The notes under the pieces: generated by a model
Told to the model about the DNA's origin: nothing
Databases searched by the model: none
What the model saw: the letters and a program-made list of their open reading frames with translations, nothing else
Assembly (NCBI GenBank): GCA_013265495.1
Contig: MU058009.1
Location: forward strand, 1,428,001-1,492,000
Source: Vicugna vicugna
Taxonomy: Eukaryota
Direction: 5' to 3'
Length of the DNA: 64,000 bases
In this document: positions 1-11,290 of the stretch, one piece after another
Layout of the letters: the number at the start of each line of letters is the position of its first letter
Numbering within the stretch: the first letter of the stretch is position 1
Position numbers and translations under genes: made by a program

Positions 1-556
1 CTTTGAATGGACTGAGACAATGGATATTCTCAGTAACCAAACGTTTTATTTTTTTAGAATACCAGGCATTTCCAAATAGAAGAATAAGAATAGTCACTGC
101 GTCATTATTTTGCTTTTAATCAGTCTGACTTGGGGACACATGCTAGAGAGGAAGTTGACAAACATCTCCAAAATAATCAGGTTTCACTGCTTTAGAAAAC
201 TATTCAGGGGTCAGAATGCAGTTAGAAATAAGTGACCTGAGAAAAGAGCATAGAGTTCTGTGCTGCTGTAATTTGGTGGTGTGATTTCTGTCCCCGATGT
301 GTGCACCTGCCCAAGGCTATCTCAGAGCAACAACAACGAAAAATGATTGATAAGAAAAGTCTTCGCTTTGTCAATTATTGCTGTTACACAAATAAAGCCA
401 CAGTGTTAACTGCTCACTGGCATGTCTTTAAGGAAACTTTTGAATTAAAAGTAGTCATATTTCCAATCCTCTTCTTTCTCTTTTGGTTCTCCTTGTAAAA
501 ACTTTAGAAATTCGATCTGATATCAGTGCTTGAAATTTTATTTAAATAAATATTAA

Positions 557-785
557 GGGGGTGGGAAGGGACAGACTGGGATTTCAAAATGTCAAATAGA
601 TAAACAAGATTATACTGTATAGTGCAGGGAAACATAACAAGATCTTGTGGTAGCTCACAGCGAAAAAAAAAAGTGAGAATGAATATATGTATGTTCACGT
701 ATAACTGAAAAATTGTGCTGTACACTGAAATTTGACACAACATTGTAAAATGACTATAACTCAATTAAAACATGTTAAAAAAAAA
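557..785 (+). mobile_element. Young camelid-type L1 3' end (5'-truncated) with A-tail
   Basis: Reads gggtgggaagggacagactggga...atagataaacaagattatactgtatag...aacattgtaaaatgactataactcaattaaaa followed by poly(A). Imperfect candidate TSD aaatattaagg / aaatttaagg. Confidence 0.85.
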
Positions 786-1499
786 TTTAAGGTCAGGAAT
801 ACTCGGAAGCTCCCTTTAGTGAAATGCTCCAGCGGTAAGTAACAAGAGGAGAGCTACTGGTCAAACTCAACGTGCCTGCGCATTCACTTCATAGGAAATT
901 TAGATTTAAAGCGTACACACACCAGCAGTGAAGCGGAGGGGCGCAGAATCACTGGTGGCAGCAAGTGAGAGGCCCGTAACAATCGCAACAGGAAGGTCAA
1001 GGCCGGAGGAAACCAAAAAGACCTCGCAAGCTGTGCTTGGAACAGGAGGATGAATGTGGAAGGTGACTAGTGGCGAATAATAACATAATGTCATCAGATG
1101 GCGGAGAAAAGGCAAAACTACAGGGGTAACATTTTGCCTCCAGAAAGATGAGACTTGAACTGAAAAAGGATACTTTAAAAATCAGCGAAAAGGATACAAA
1201 GTTTAAATTAGAGAGAAAAGAACTGAGGTGCATGTAGCCACTTTTAGCAGATTCATGCCTCCAGTAATTTCTTCCCAGAGAATAGAAAGCCTTTGAAGGT
1301 GTGATTGTCAAAATGCAGTCTGCGACCTTGTACACACTGCAGAAAATTAGGAAGTTCATAAAAGGTTAGTGATAGAGATGTCCTCTATTTCAAAAGAGGA
1401 AAAAAAACGGAATTCCACAGCAATAAGAGTTAACATCCGTCTCACAACACAGAAGCTACAGTTGAAGCCCTGTCCCCCTACCAGGACTGTAAATAGCTA

Positions 1500-2400
1500 T
1501 GGTGTTGAAAACAGTTTAAAAGGGAAAAATAACACATGCTAACAAGCCTGCCATCCTGACAGAATAAGCACTTCCAGTTTTGTCCATTCTTTCCCAGTTC
1601 TTGCCTACACAAATAGATACTTGTTTTGCATTTGCAGATAGCAGGCTTACATTTTAAAATATTGTCCTTTGATTTCCCAATATATGAGTATTTGTGTTTT
1701 TAAAATTTTTTTCAATGCCACAAGCACAATTTTAAATGAACATGTACTACGATATCATATACATATGTACTAACAAGTAGTCATTCATTTATTATTAAAC
1801 ACTTTTTGACTTTATACCTCACTCTGAAATAAATATTTAATGTATATAGTTTTTCTCTTAATTTCTTGGAAGAGTTTATTTGAACGCATTCCCCAAAATG
1901 AGTTTAGAAGATCAGAATTTGTAAACCCTATATGAATCCAGATATATGCTACAAAATTACACTGTAAGGGGATAATTTACTCTGACATCAGCACCACTTG
2001 ATTATTTTGACATCAACAGTTTGAAAATCATTATTCTGATTTAACTGCATAGAAATTTTAATAGATATACAATGGAACTCGAAGATGTTATGTGTATTGA
2101 TTTAGTTTGATGGAGACTAAAACTATCTAACCATAAATTTATTTATAATTTCTCTTGTGTGTCATAGTCCTTTATAAATAGCATTAATGGGAATCTTAAA
2201 GTTTCCTTTTGAAATTGTGTTTTATATTTTACATTATATTACATTATACATGATTTTTCATATTTATTGTGAATGTTCCAATTTTTTACTTTTTTGAGTT
2301 ATTTTTTATAGGTTTTAACTTTTAATCAATTACATGGATTTATTTCCTTGGAATCTCTCCAATTATTTCCAAAATTAATTTTTTCCTTGAATAATTGGTA
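1500..2400 (-). mobile_element. Possible highly decayed L1ME-type fragment
   Basis: Long T-rich, CpG-poor tract loosely resembling the reverse complement of an ancient L1 3' region. Boundaries approximate. Confidence 0.4.
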
Positions 2401-3099
2401 AATACTAAACTCTATTTTTGCTACTTTTCTGTCTTTTGACACACCTTACATGACCCAACTGTTAAGACAGTCTTAGTGCTAAAGGTTTAGGTTATGCATA
2501 CAGAATAAAATATGAATGTCTTCCCTAAACCACTCCAATCCCTGTACCCGCCCCATTACTGACAATTTGGTGTCAGAATGAGCGGTCTGTTCCTAAGCTA
2601 AGATTTCAGTCCAGATCTTAAAGATTTTCCAATCTCAGTTTTTTAGACAGGCAGCTTTTTTACTTTCTCTTCATTTTATTCGGAGAGTTAAATGCATAAT
2701 TCTTGCTGCATATGAGATCTTTAAATTCAACTTTCATTCCACACAGGTGTTTACTCTCTCACCCTTATTGGCTTACAGTGTCTGGTTAATCCCACCACTG
2801 TCTAGGCCCAGCTTTCTTTTCTCACTCACACGACGGATTTGTTCTTTATTTTTCACCGACATTTCCATTTCTTGCTCTTACGTCTGGTTACGTTATATAT
2901 TTAAAACTGAAACAATACATCTGGAAGCCTTACGGCTTTGAAACAAAGTCAGAGAGGCTCCTTGCAGCTGCTGGGTCTAAAACGTCTAACGGAAGTTCTG
3001 ATCAACTACTTGAAATTCCACAATTACAGGTCAGTTTTCTGCGATAAGATGTCTCCCAAAGCACCACACTGAAAAGCCATGTCCTTTCGGGTCATGGTG

Positions 3100-3315
3100 G
3101 CCGACAGTTTTGAGGGTTTGTAACGTGTTAGACACTGTTCTAAGCTCTTTATGTTCTCACTTACCTTTACAGTAATACCATGAGGCAGGTTTGCTCTTCT
3201 ACTCCATTTAGAAGATGAGGAAACGGAGTCATAGAAGTTGAAAACTTCCGCAAGGTTGTAGCGCTAATAAGGAATGGTTGTAAAAAACAAGCCGCGTTTT
3301 AAACCCCTCAGCCAT
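3100..3315 (-). mobile_element. MIR SINE
   Basis: Contains cactgttctaagctcttt...ccatttagaagatgaggaaacggag, the reverse-complement MIR core. Confidence 0.75.
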
Positions 3316-3859
3316 CCCGAGAATATACTTTTCCGCACGCTCTTCTCTCTGCCTGGAGTATCAGTCACCCCCCGTCTTTCCTCCCTGGCTCTGCCTCATC
3401 TTTTAAAGCCCACCTCCCATCTCAGACGTCATATCCACGTGCAGTTTAAGCCCATTACCCTTTTCTTCCTTCAGGTTCCAAAGTTCTATGTTCCGTAAAT
3501 CAGTTTGTATTGTTATTATCTCGTCATAAACTTGCGTTTCTTTCTCATTGAATTACAAGCTCCTCTAAGGCAAGGGAGTGGGGAGGCTCTGATTGGCAGC
3601 TGTCATAACAGAGTATGGCGTAGAGTGGGTTTTGGCAAATGTTTATTGGATAAACATCTAGTGAGGTAGACTATTAAGCCATTTTTACAACTCAAATTGA
3701 ATTATGTTTGCTGTTTAGATACAATTTTACACATGGCTATCAGTATAATACTATTATACTGTACTTGATATACTGGCAAAAAGAATGGATTTTTGGAATC
3801 AGTTTAATCTGCATTTACAATCTTTTTTTTTTTTTGCTTTAGATTTGTTAAAAGACTTC

Positions 3860-4935
3860 ATTTTTTTAGATTCCTTTTAGGTTCATAGCAAAACTAAGAA
3901 GAAGGTTCTGAGAGTTCCTGGAAATGTCCTGTCCCCACACATGCACAAGTTCACCCACTACCAGCATCCTTGAGCAAGGCAGCACGTTTGTTATAATCAT
4001 GAACTTACACTGACGCATCAAAATCACCCAAAGCCCACAGTTTACAACAAGGTTCACTCTCAGTGTTGAACATTCTGTGGGTTTAGACAAATGTATAATG
4101 ACATGTATCCATTTTACAGTATCACACAGAGTATTAACACTGCCCTAAAATCCTCTGTGTTCATCCCCCCTCCCCTCCAGCCCCTGGCAACCTCTGACCT
4201 TTCGTACTGTCGCCACTGTTTTGCTTTTCCACATGTCATAACGTTGGAATCATCCCTCATGCAGCCTTTCCAGGTTGACTTCTTTCACTTCGCAATATAC
4301 GTTTAAGGTTTCTTACGTCTTTTCATGGTTTGGCAGCTCATTTCTTTCTACTGCTAAATGATATTTTCCTGTCTGGATGTACCAGTTTACTTTTCCAGTC
4401 ACCTGCTGAAGGACATCTTGTTTGCCTCCAGGTCTTGGCAATCATGAGTAAAGCTGCTGTGAATACTCAAGTGCAGGTGCTTGTATGGATGTAAGGTTTC
4501 AACCCTTTGGGTGAATACCAAGGAGTAAGATTGCTGGCTCACACAAGAGGGTGTTTGGTTTTGTACAAAACCGACAAACTATTTCCCAAGTGGCTGGACC
4601 ATTCTGCAGGCCCATCGGCAGTGAACGGGGTTTCCTGTTGCCCCACATCCTTGCCAGGTTGGATGGATTTGGGCCACTCTAATAGGTATGCAGTGGTATC
4701 TAATTGTTGCTTTAATTCGCGTTCCCCTGATGACACTGATGTGATTGATGCATCTCGTCACATGCTTACTCATCATCTATGTATCTTCCTTGATGGGCTG
4801 TCTGTTAAGGTCTTTGGCCCAATTTTTAATTGTGTTTTTTTCCTTATTATTGAATTTTAAAGATCTTAGTATATTTTGGAAAACAGTCCTTTATCAGATG
4901 TGACTTTCACAAATTTTTACATTCATTTTCGCTCT
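3860..4935 (-). mobile_element. L1MC-type LINE-1 fragment (ORF2 C-terminus plus 3' UTR)
   Basis: Minus-strand ORF 4579-4776 (KHVTRC...IKATIRYHCIPIRVAQI...WQGCGATG..VHCRWACRMVQPLGK) matches the Cys-rich C-terminus of L1 ORF2p. The 3' UTR motif cacagtttacaacaaggttcactctcagtgttg is L1MC-like. Confidence 0.9.
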
Positions 4936-5023
4936 GTTTGTGAGAGGCACGGATTTGGACACCTCAAATTCCTCATGCAGTGTCAGTTTCCCTGTTGGCA
5001 ACATGAGGCAATATGACAGACTA

Positions 5024-5555
5024 TGTGCGGCTGGCAGTCTGCAAGACAGTCCCCAATGGCCCCCACCATTTGATACCCACATCCTTGTGTCTCTTTGCCT
5101 TCAATGTTGGCTGAAGTTACTGACTTGCTTTTAATGAAAAGAATACTGTAGCCGTGATGGGACATCACTTTCAAGCTTAGGGTACCAGCAGACCTTGGCT
5201 TCCATCTTGGACTAGAGAATCCTTGGCTTTCCCTCTCAGCTCATCACTTTGCTCTGGGAGAAGCCAGCTACTGCAATGAGGCAGCCCTGCGGGGAGGCAC
5301 ACGGGGCAAGGAACTGGGGGCTGCTGACAGCCATGTGTGCAGTCTTGGAAGTGGGTCCTTCTGGAGTTGAACCTTGAGATGCCCACAGCCCCTGCCAACA
5401 CCTTGGTTGCAGCCTCATGATAGACTCTGTGTCATGAGCCCTGTAGCTAAGACATTTCCAGACTCCTGACCCACAGAAACCCACAGAAAGTAAGTGTTGT
5501 TTTTAACAGCTAGGTGTGGGGGTGATTTGTTACACAGCAGTCAATAACCAATGTA
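5024..5555 (+). mobile_element. MaLR solo LTR, MLT1F-like
   Basis: Contains gtgatgggacatcacttt...gctctgggagaagccagct...cctgacccacagaaac...gatttgttacacagcagtcaataac, collinear with the MLT1E/F consensus over ~530 bp. Confidence 0.85.
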
Positions 5556-6129
5556 CTTTGCTAGTGGTATTATCATTTAAAACCTATATACTAAGCCTTG
5601 AGAGAGATTAACAACAAAAAAAAAAAACAGGATGGGGCAGACCTTGAGAAACTTACCAAATTAGAAAAGGACATACACACACACTTATGACAATTTTGAA
5701 GCATACTTATTTTAATTTGCTTTCAGCTCACCAGTTACCGAGGTGCCATCCCACCCAGTGTGCTGAGGTTTACAGAGGAAATGGCAGCTGTTTCTGTTAA
5801 GATTTCCAAGAGAAGCTGAGTTAGGAAGAGTCTCTAGTCACAGAGGTCTCAGCGGTTATGAGGTCATTGAAAGGACTGATTGCCACTAAGGGCTACCCAG
5901 TAGGTCATCTGAGGTCCCTGTTGAATCTCTCTTAATTTTATTTCCACTTTTAAACTTGCATGAATAGTTCTGATGATAATTACCAAATGCTGGTATGTAT
6001 GGAAAATCAGCATTCCACAAATAGCCAACTTGGGCGGCTTTCATACACGTGTGGCTGCTTGAAATTCAGCAAATTTCATTAGAATCGCATGTTTGCTTAG
6101 AGAAATAGTAGCCAAAAAAGCGTGCTGAG

Positions 6130-6130
<1 letters not shown>

Positions 6131-6174
<44 letters not shown>
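6131..6174. repeat. (AC)22 microsatellite
   Basis: Perfect dinucleotide run. Confidence 0.98.
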
Positions 6175-6176
<2 letters not shown>

Positions 6177-8509
6177 GTAGGCAGAAAAGAAGAAATCTTA
6201 GGTTGAACTTGTAAGAAATGCTCGAAGTGGGATTGGATCTTCTGAGCTCCCTCATCACTACCATTGGTACTCAATGCTCTGTCTCAGGAAACCGCCATAC
6301 TTAATGAGACAATACATTGCAGGGTTATATCTTGCAGGGTCACTCACTTCCTACCGTTTAATTATATTCTTTAATGCAATCTGTGATAAAGAGCATCTCT
6401 GCTCAATTGCTAAAATAGTATTGTACTGATGGTCAAGAATATACATCGTCTCCATCAATTTCCATTTTCAACTGCTTTTCACGTGTATTTCCCCATCATC
6501 TTCATCACCCACCAGCCTTAGGGTGCCATCAAGAAAACTCGCTCTTACTCCTTATAATGTCAGTTCCTTCTTCAATGTTTTTCTTCCTCAGCTGAAACCC
6601 TGCCCTCATCTGTAAGAACTTCAAGGATATTGAACAAGGATGATATTCATAAACCATGTTACAATCTGAGGGTCTTCATTCTTTGTATCTCTCATCTTCA
6701 CCCCTCTTTGGCTTCCCCTTATGCTCTCTTCGTGTTAGAACTTTTCCACTTGCAGGGCCAATATTTGACATTATTTTGCCAGATCTTCTCTCCAAGTGTC
6801 AATTTTCTGTTCATTGTTTGTCTCCTCCTGCCTTCTGCCCCCACCATTAGACTATAATTCCATAAGGCCAGGGACCTTGCAGGTCTTAATAATTGTAATG
6901 ATAAGATACATAGCTGGTGAGCAAAACACATTTGTGGAATTAAACTTAATCCCAGCCCTGCTCCCTCCTGACCACAGCGAAGCTACACTAGGCTCCATGC
7001 TGAAAGCTCTCTCTGCGGCCTGTGGCCCCTCTACAGAACCCTGATTCCTAGCCGTCCTGCCCCCATCTGGAGCTGATGTGGCCCCTGTCAATACATCTCC
7101 CCCTGAAACTCAGGCCCCTCATATACTTACCTTCTTTCAGTGCTAATTTCTGACTCTGCTCTCTCTTTTTCTATTTCTCAGCAGCCAAGAGTAGCTCAAA
7201 AATATATAGCATGGAGCTGATTTGGTCCCCAAAAAGCACATGCTACCTCAAGCCAGTGGACTCTTCACTTCTTAGTTACGTTATTTCAGCTACTAACTTG
7301 TTGGCTTCTTACTACATTTCCTGGTTCTTCCTCATCTCTCACAGCAGATGACTGGAGTCCTCTAGGAGGCTGTCGTCCCATCTTTTTCCTTTATCTGTGA
7401 CCGTGCCCTCCTTGTTTTTTGATGTTTCTGCGTCTTCATCCATGAAGTCCTCCCTCCTGCTCTGAGGAATAGGTGATTTCCTTTATCTCCAGACTTTACC
7501 CCTCACATCCCCACAAAGGTTCCTTTGGCGTCTTACTGCATCCATTATTCTTCCCCATGTATCATGATTCTCTCTCCTCTCTATAAATATGTCCAGATCT
7601 CCATCATTCTAAAACAGCTTCCTCTCATCTTACTAACACATGAAACATCTTCAGTCCTTCCATTTACATTTAAAGGAAGGTGATGCCTACTGTTTTGACC
7701 TCAATTTCCTTACAAGCAATTCACTCTTTGACACCTGGTTGTTCTGCTTTGTTAATCCCCTTGCTATTTGGGGGTTCCTCTGTCCTTCGAGTTTTGGTTA
7801 ATTTCTGCCTGGTAGATTTCACCAGTGTGTTGGATTTATCCACTCTCCTTCCTCCTTTCCCCCTTGGGTATTGTGCCCACCCCAGTGGCTTCAGCTATTT
7901 CCAACAACCCCAAAAATCTGCGTCTTTGGTCCTAACCCTTAACTTTAACCTCAATACTATGCCATATACCTTATTAGGACTGTGCCACTAATATCTTAAA
8001 TTCATCAGATTTCAGTTCAGACTTGTTGCCTTTAGTACAAACCTACCTCCTCTTCTGTTTTTTTGTACTGTCGTTGTCGATTCCTTCAAATACTGTTTAC
8101 CCAGGTAGGAAAATTTGGACTTATCTTTACCATTACATTTTTCTTCCAGCCTCACAGCTCGTCACATTCTCAGTTAAGCCTAGAACCTGTAGATTATGGA
8201 ATGCTGGCCTTAGAACAACATCTGACCTGTGTATGGTGGTTACTGGTCTGTGAGGCAGTGAGAAAAATAAGACAGTCCAGTTAGTTAGACACATAATTGA
8301 AACTTATCAACCCAGGCGACTGCCCTTTAAATTGTGAGATTACGTTTCTCTCCCTTTTCTTGTGTTAGAATAGCCTTGTTTTCATAAAGTACAATTGACA
8401 GCAGTGTTTAATTCGTTTTAACATCCTCATAGGGCAAAATCGTGCAAGATTTTATTTTTTAATCATCTGTTAAATCTAATAATGAGGGAGGTTCTGCTAT
8501 AAATTCTTT

Positions 8510-9075
8510 ATTTGTCATCCTTCCTTTCCAGTCACTGCCGCCCCCTAGTTCAGAGTTTATTATCTTATTTTCTTGATAATTGCGATGACCTCCTAACCAA
8601 GTTATTGGTTTCTATGGCTTTGCTCTTTTTCAAATATCCTACCTACGGAAGTTTCCCAGGAGACTTCCAAAACCTTGGCCTTGGTCATGTCACTCCCCTT
8701 CTCGACACCACCCCACCAACACCCCATCACCATGGTAACCTCTCTTGTTCTCGGAGATTCGAGATCAGCCAAATGCCAGGTCCAGCCCTTAGGCCCTTAG
8801 AGCGCCCCGTGGCCCCACACTGGGCACTTCCTTGGACCAAGGCGCTCTCCAGCTCACTGCCTTGTTTTCTCTTCTTCTTCGAGTTTGTCCCCCTCCGAGA
8901 TCCTGCCATGAATCTGTGTACATTTTTGCTATCTGCCTCCTTCCCACATTTCTACTAGATTATAAGTCACTTGAGGCCAGAAATGGGATTTTTGTTCTCT
9001 ACGGATCCGTAAGGCCTACCCCATGGTCTAGGTTTCTACAATTATTGAAAAACATATATGAGAAAAAAAGAATGC
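8510..9075 (+). mobile_element. L2 LINE 3' fragment(s)
   Basis: Contains cactgccgccccctagttcag...gacctcctaac and the terminal ctagattataagtcacttgaggccag...gaatgcatgg typical of an L2 3' end. Decayed L2-like sequence probably extends left to ~7300. Confidence 0.6.
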
Positions 9076-9918
9076 ATGGCAGAAAAAGAAGAAATGACAC
9101 ACCACTCCTTAGGCCAGTGGCTCTCAGCTGGGGACGGTTTTGCTCCCAAATTTAGATGGCGTAAGTCTCTTCCTTTCTTGGCAACAAAGGGAAACAGCCA
9201 TGTGTGTAGGGGAGCCAGCAGCAGACGCTCTTTGTGACCGTCCACGTGAGGGGCAAGCGGAGTTTCCGGTGCTCCTGGCCACGGAGCAACAGATCTGTCG
9301 GTCTCCCCACCAGGAGCTGCTAGAAGTTAAGTAAGTTATGAGTAAAAATATGCAAAAATGGTGACTGTGAATAGAGACAAAAAGGCAAAGAAGAGACTGT
9401 TACTCTGGAAAACCACCGGCCCTTCAGCAAAAGAACTCATAATGCAGCAATTGTCAGCTCAGCCCGACTATTTGTGAATGGAGTGCTTTGTGCTGAATGG
9501 ATGAATGCAGCTCCATCATCTACAAAGTCTGACTCAAAACGGGCTGAGAGGCAGAGCATGATCTGACTGATCAGTTACTGCACACGCTTTCCCTCCCGGC
9601 AGCCACAGTCATTCGGTGTTCCTCCGTCACCCAGGCATCACTAAGCCACAGCCAGTTGTGGGAGAAACCCTGTCATCTAGAATGTGACCAGAGCACTGTC
9701 CACCGGCCATTTTCCACCCTGAGAAGCGTTTCTGATCCGAGGACTAACGTCGTCAGGCCAGTGAAGACCCTTCTCTTACAGCGTGCCTCCAGTCGGGAGA
9801 ACCGCCTTGTAGCGTCCTGGAATTCAGCAGGTCTACGGAAAGTCCGCAGTTTCCTTCTGATGTCTTTTGGAGGCTGTGCCAAATTCACTAAGAACTATGC
9901 TTACAAGAAATATGGTTA

Positions 9919-10014
9919 AAAACTGCTATGTACAGAACAGATAAAAACAAGGTCTTTTGTATAGCACAGGGAACGATATTCAGTGGCTTGTAGCAACCTG
10001 TAATGAAAATGTGC

Positions 10015-10055
<41 letters not shown>

Positions 10056-10130
10056 AACCGAATCACTATGCTGTACAGCAGAAACTAATACAGCATTATA
10101 AATCAGCTATACTTCAATTTTAAAAAAAAG
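9919..10130 (+). mobile_element. Cetartiodactyl-type L1 3' end with internal (TG)/(TA) microsatellite
   Basis: Reads aacagataaaaacaaggtcttttgtatagcacagggaac...gaatcactatgctgtacagcagaaactaatacagcattataaatcagctatacttcaatt followed by an A-tail. Confidence 0.85.
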
Positions 10131-10877
10131 AAACGTTCTGAAAGGGACACCCTTGGGGCCCTTAGATAATGTGCCTCTGCTCTTTAGACGTACAATCAGA
10201 AAGCCTTCTTGTTGTTAACATCATATTTTCTCTAATATTAGACTGACATTTCGCCCACCCCACCCCACCTCCCGCTAGCTTGTCCCTTTTTTTCCCCATC
10301 TCCTGGCCAGCTTTAAGAACGACTGAGCCTTGCTTAGAAAAGAGGTACATAGTGTGGAATTTACCCTAACAATTTCCCTGTTACATGCAGTTTCTCTTTA
10401 AGGACTAGGTTTTTATTCAACAAGAGGTCTCCAGCAGCTTTACTGCAGCCTCCTTTTCAAAATATTGTCCCACACGGCGATCGAGCCTTCCAGAAACAAG
10501 GCAAACACGCGGGGAGATTGCTCTGATAGCCTGAATACATTTTGTATCCTTAAAATTAGGATGCAGTCTAGCCTGACTTTTCATTAAACTAGAAGCCTTA
10601 ATTGTGAAGTAAAACTGAGTTCGGGGAACAGTTCTGCCCAGGATGGAAGCCTTTCCAGTCTGGGCCAGGAGGGCGGCACGTCTTCTAAAATCCTGACACT
10701 AGAGGGAGTCAAACCCAGCAGTTGCGCGTGGTGGCCCTGCCAAGGCAGCAAGGTTGGCTGTTCCCCCTCTCTTTAAACAAATGATTTTCAGCTCAGTTGC
10801 CCCAGAAAAAAACACCCGCATCTGGTTGTGCTGTGTTTATAATGAGGTTACTGTTTCTAAAAATAGTTTTCTGAAAA

Positions 10878-11290
10878 ATCGCCCCGGTCGGCTGGGAAGC
10901 GCACAGGCAGCGCGGTGAGCGGGCGGGAGGGGCTCCCGCCCCCGAGGGAGGCTGGAGGCTGGAGGCTGGAGGCTGGGACGAGAAGGCGCGGAAAACGCGC
11001 AAAACAAGTTTACCTGTCAGGGCGGCAGGTGCCCGCGAGGAGCGTGGCCGGCCAGAGCCGCTGAGCCTCGTAGAAGCGGAGGCTTGGCTGGGAGCTGGGA
11101 GCATCCCTGTGAGCCCCCAGAAACGCGGGAGCATCTGAGGCCGAGGTGCCCCTCACAGCGGCCGAGGGGCTGACAGGTTTGCTGCGGCCAGATGCTGCTG
11201 GACAAAGGGGGCCTTGGCAGCCTCTGTCGGTCTTCCGACCAGAACCCGGGAACGCGTGTGGGCCCGTGTGTCCGCGTGCTCACGCTAGAG
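10878..11290. promoter_or_regulatory. CpG island / promoter-like element
   Basis: GC- and CpG-dense non-repetitive stretch. Contains an inverted GC-box pair (gggcgggag-ggg-ctcccgccc, 10921-10941) and (GGAGGCT)4 at 10947-10974. Confidence 0.7.

Noticed and set aside
8533..8552. CTCF-like motifs (here and at ~23183, ~41250, ~47067)
   Set aside because: Each has two or more mismatches to the core consensus and cannot be supported without PWM scoring or ChIP.
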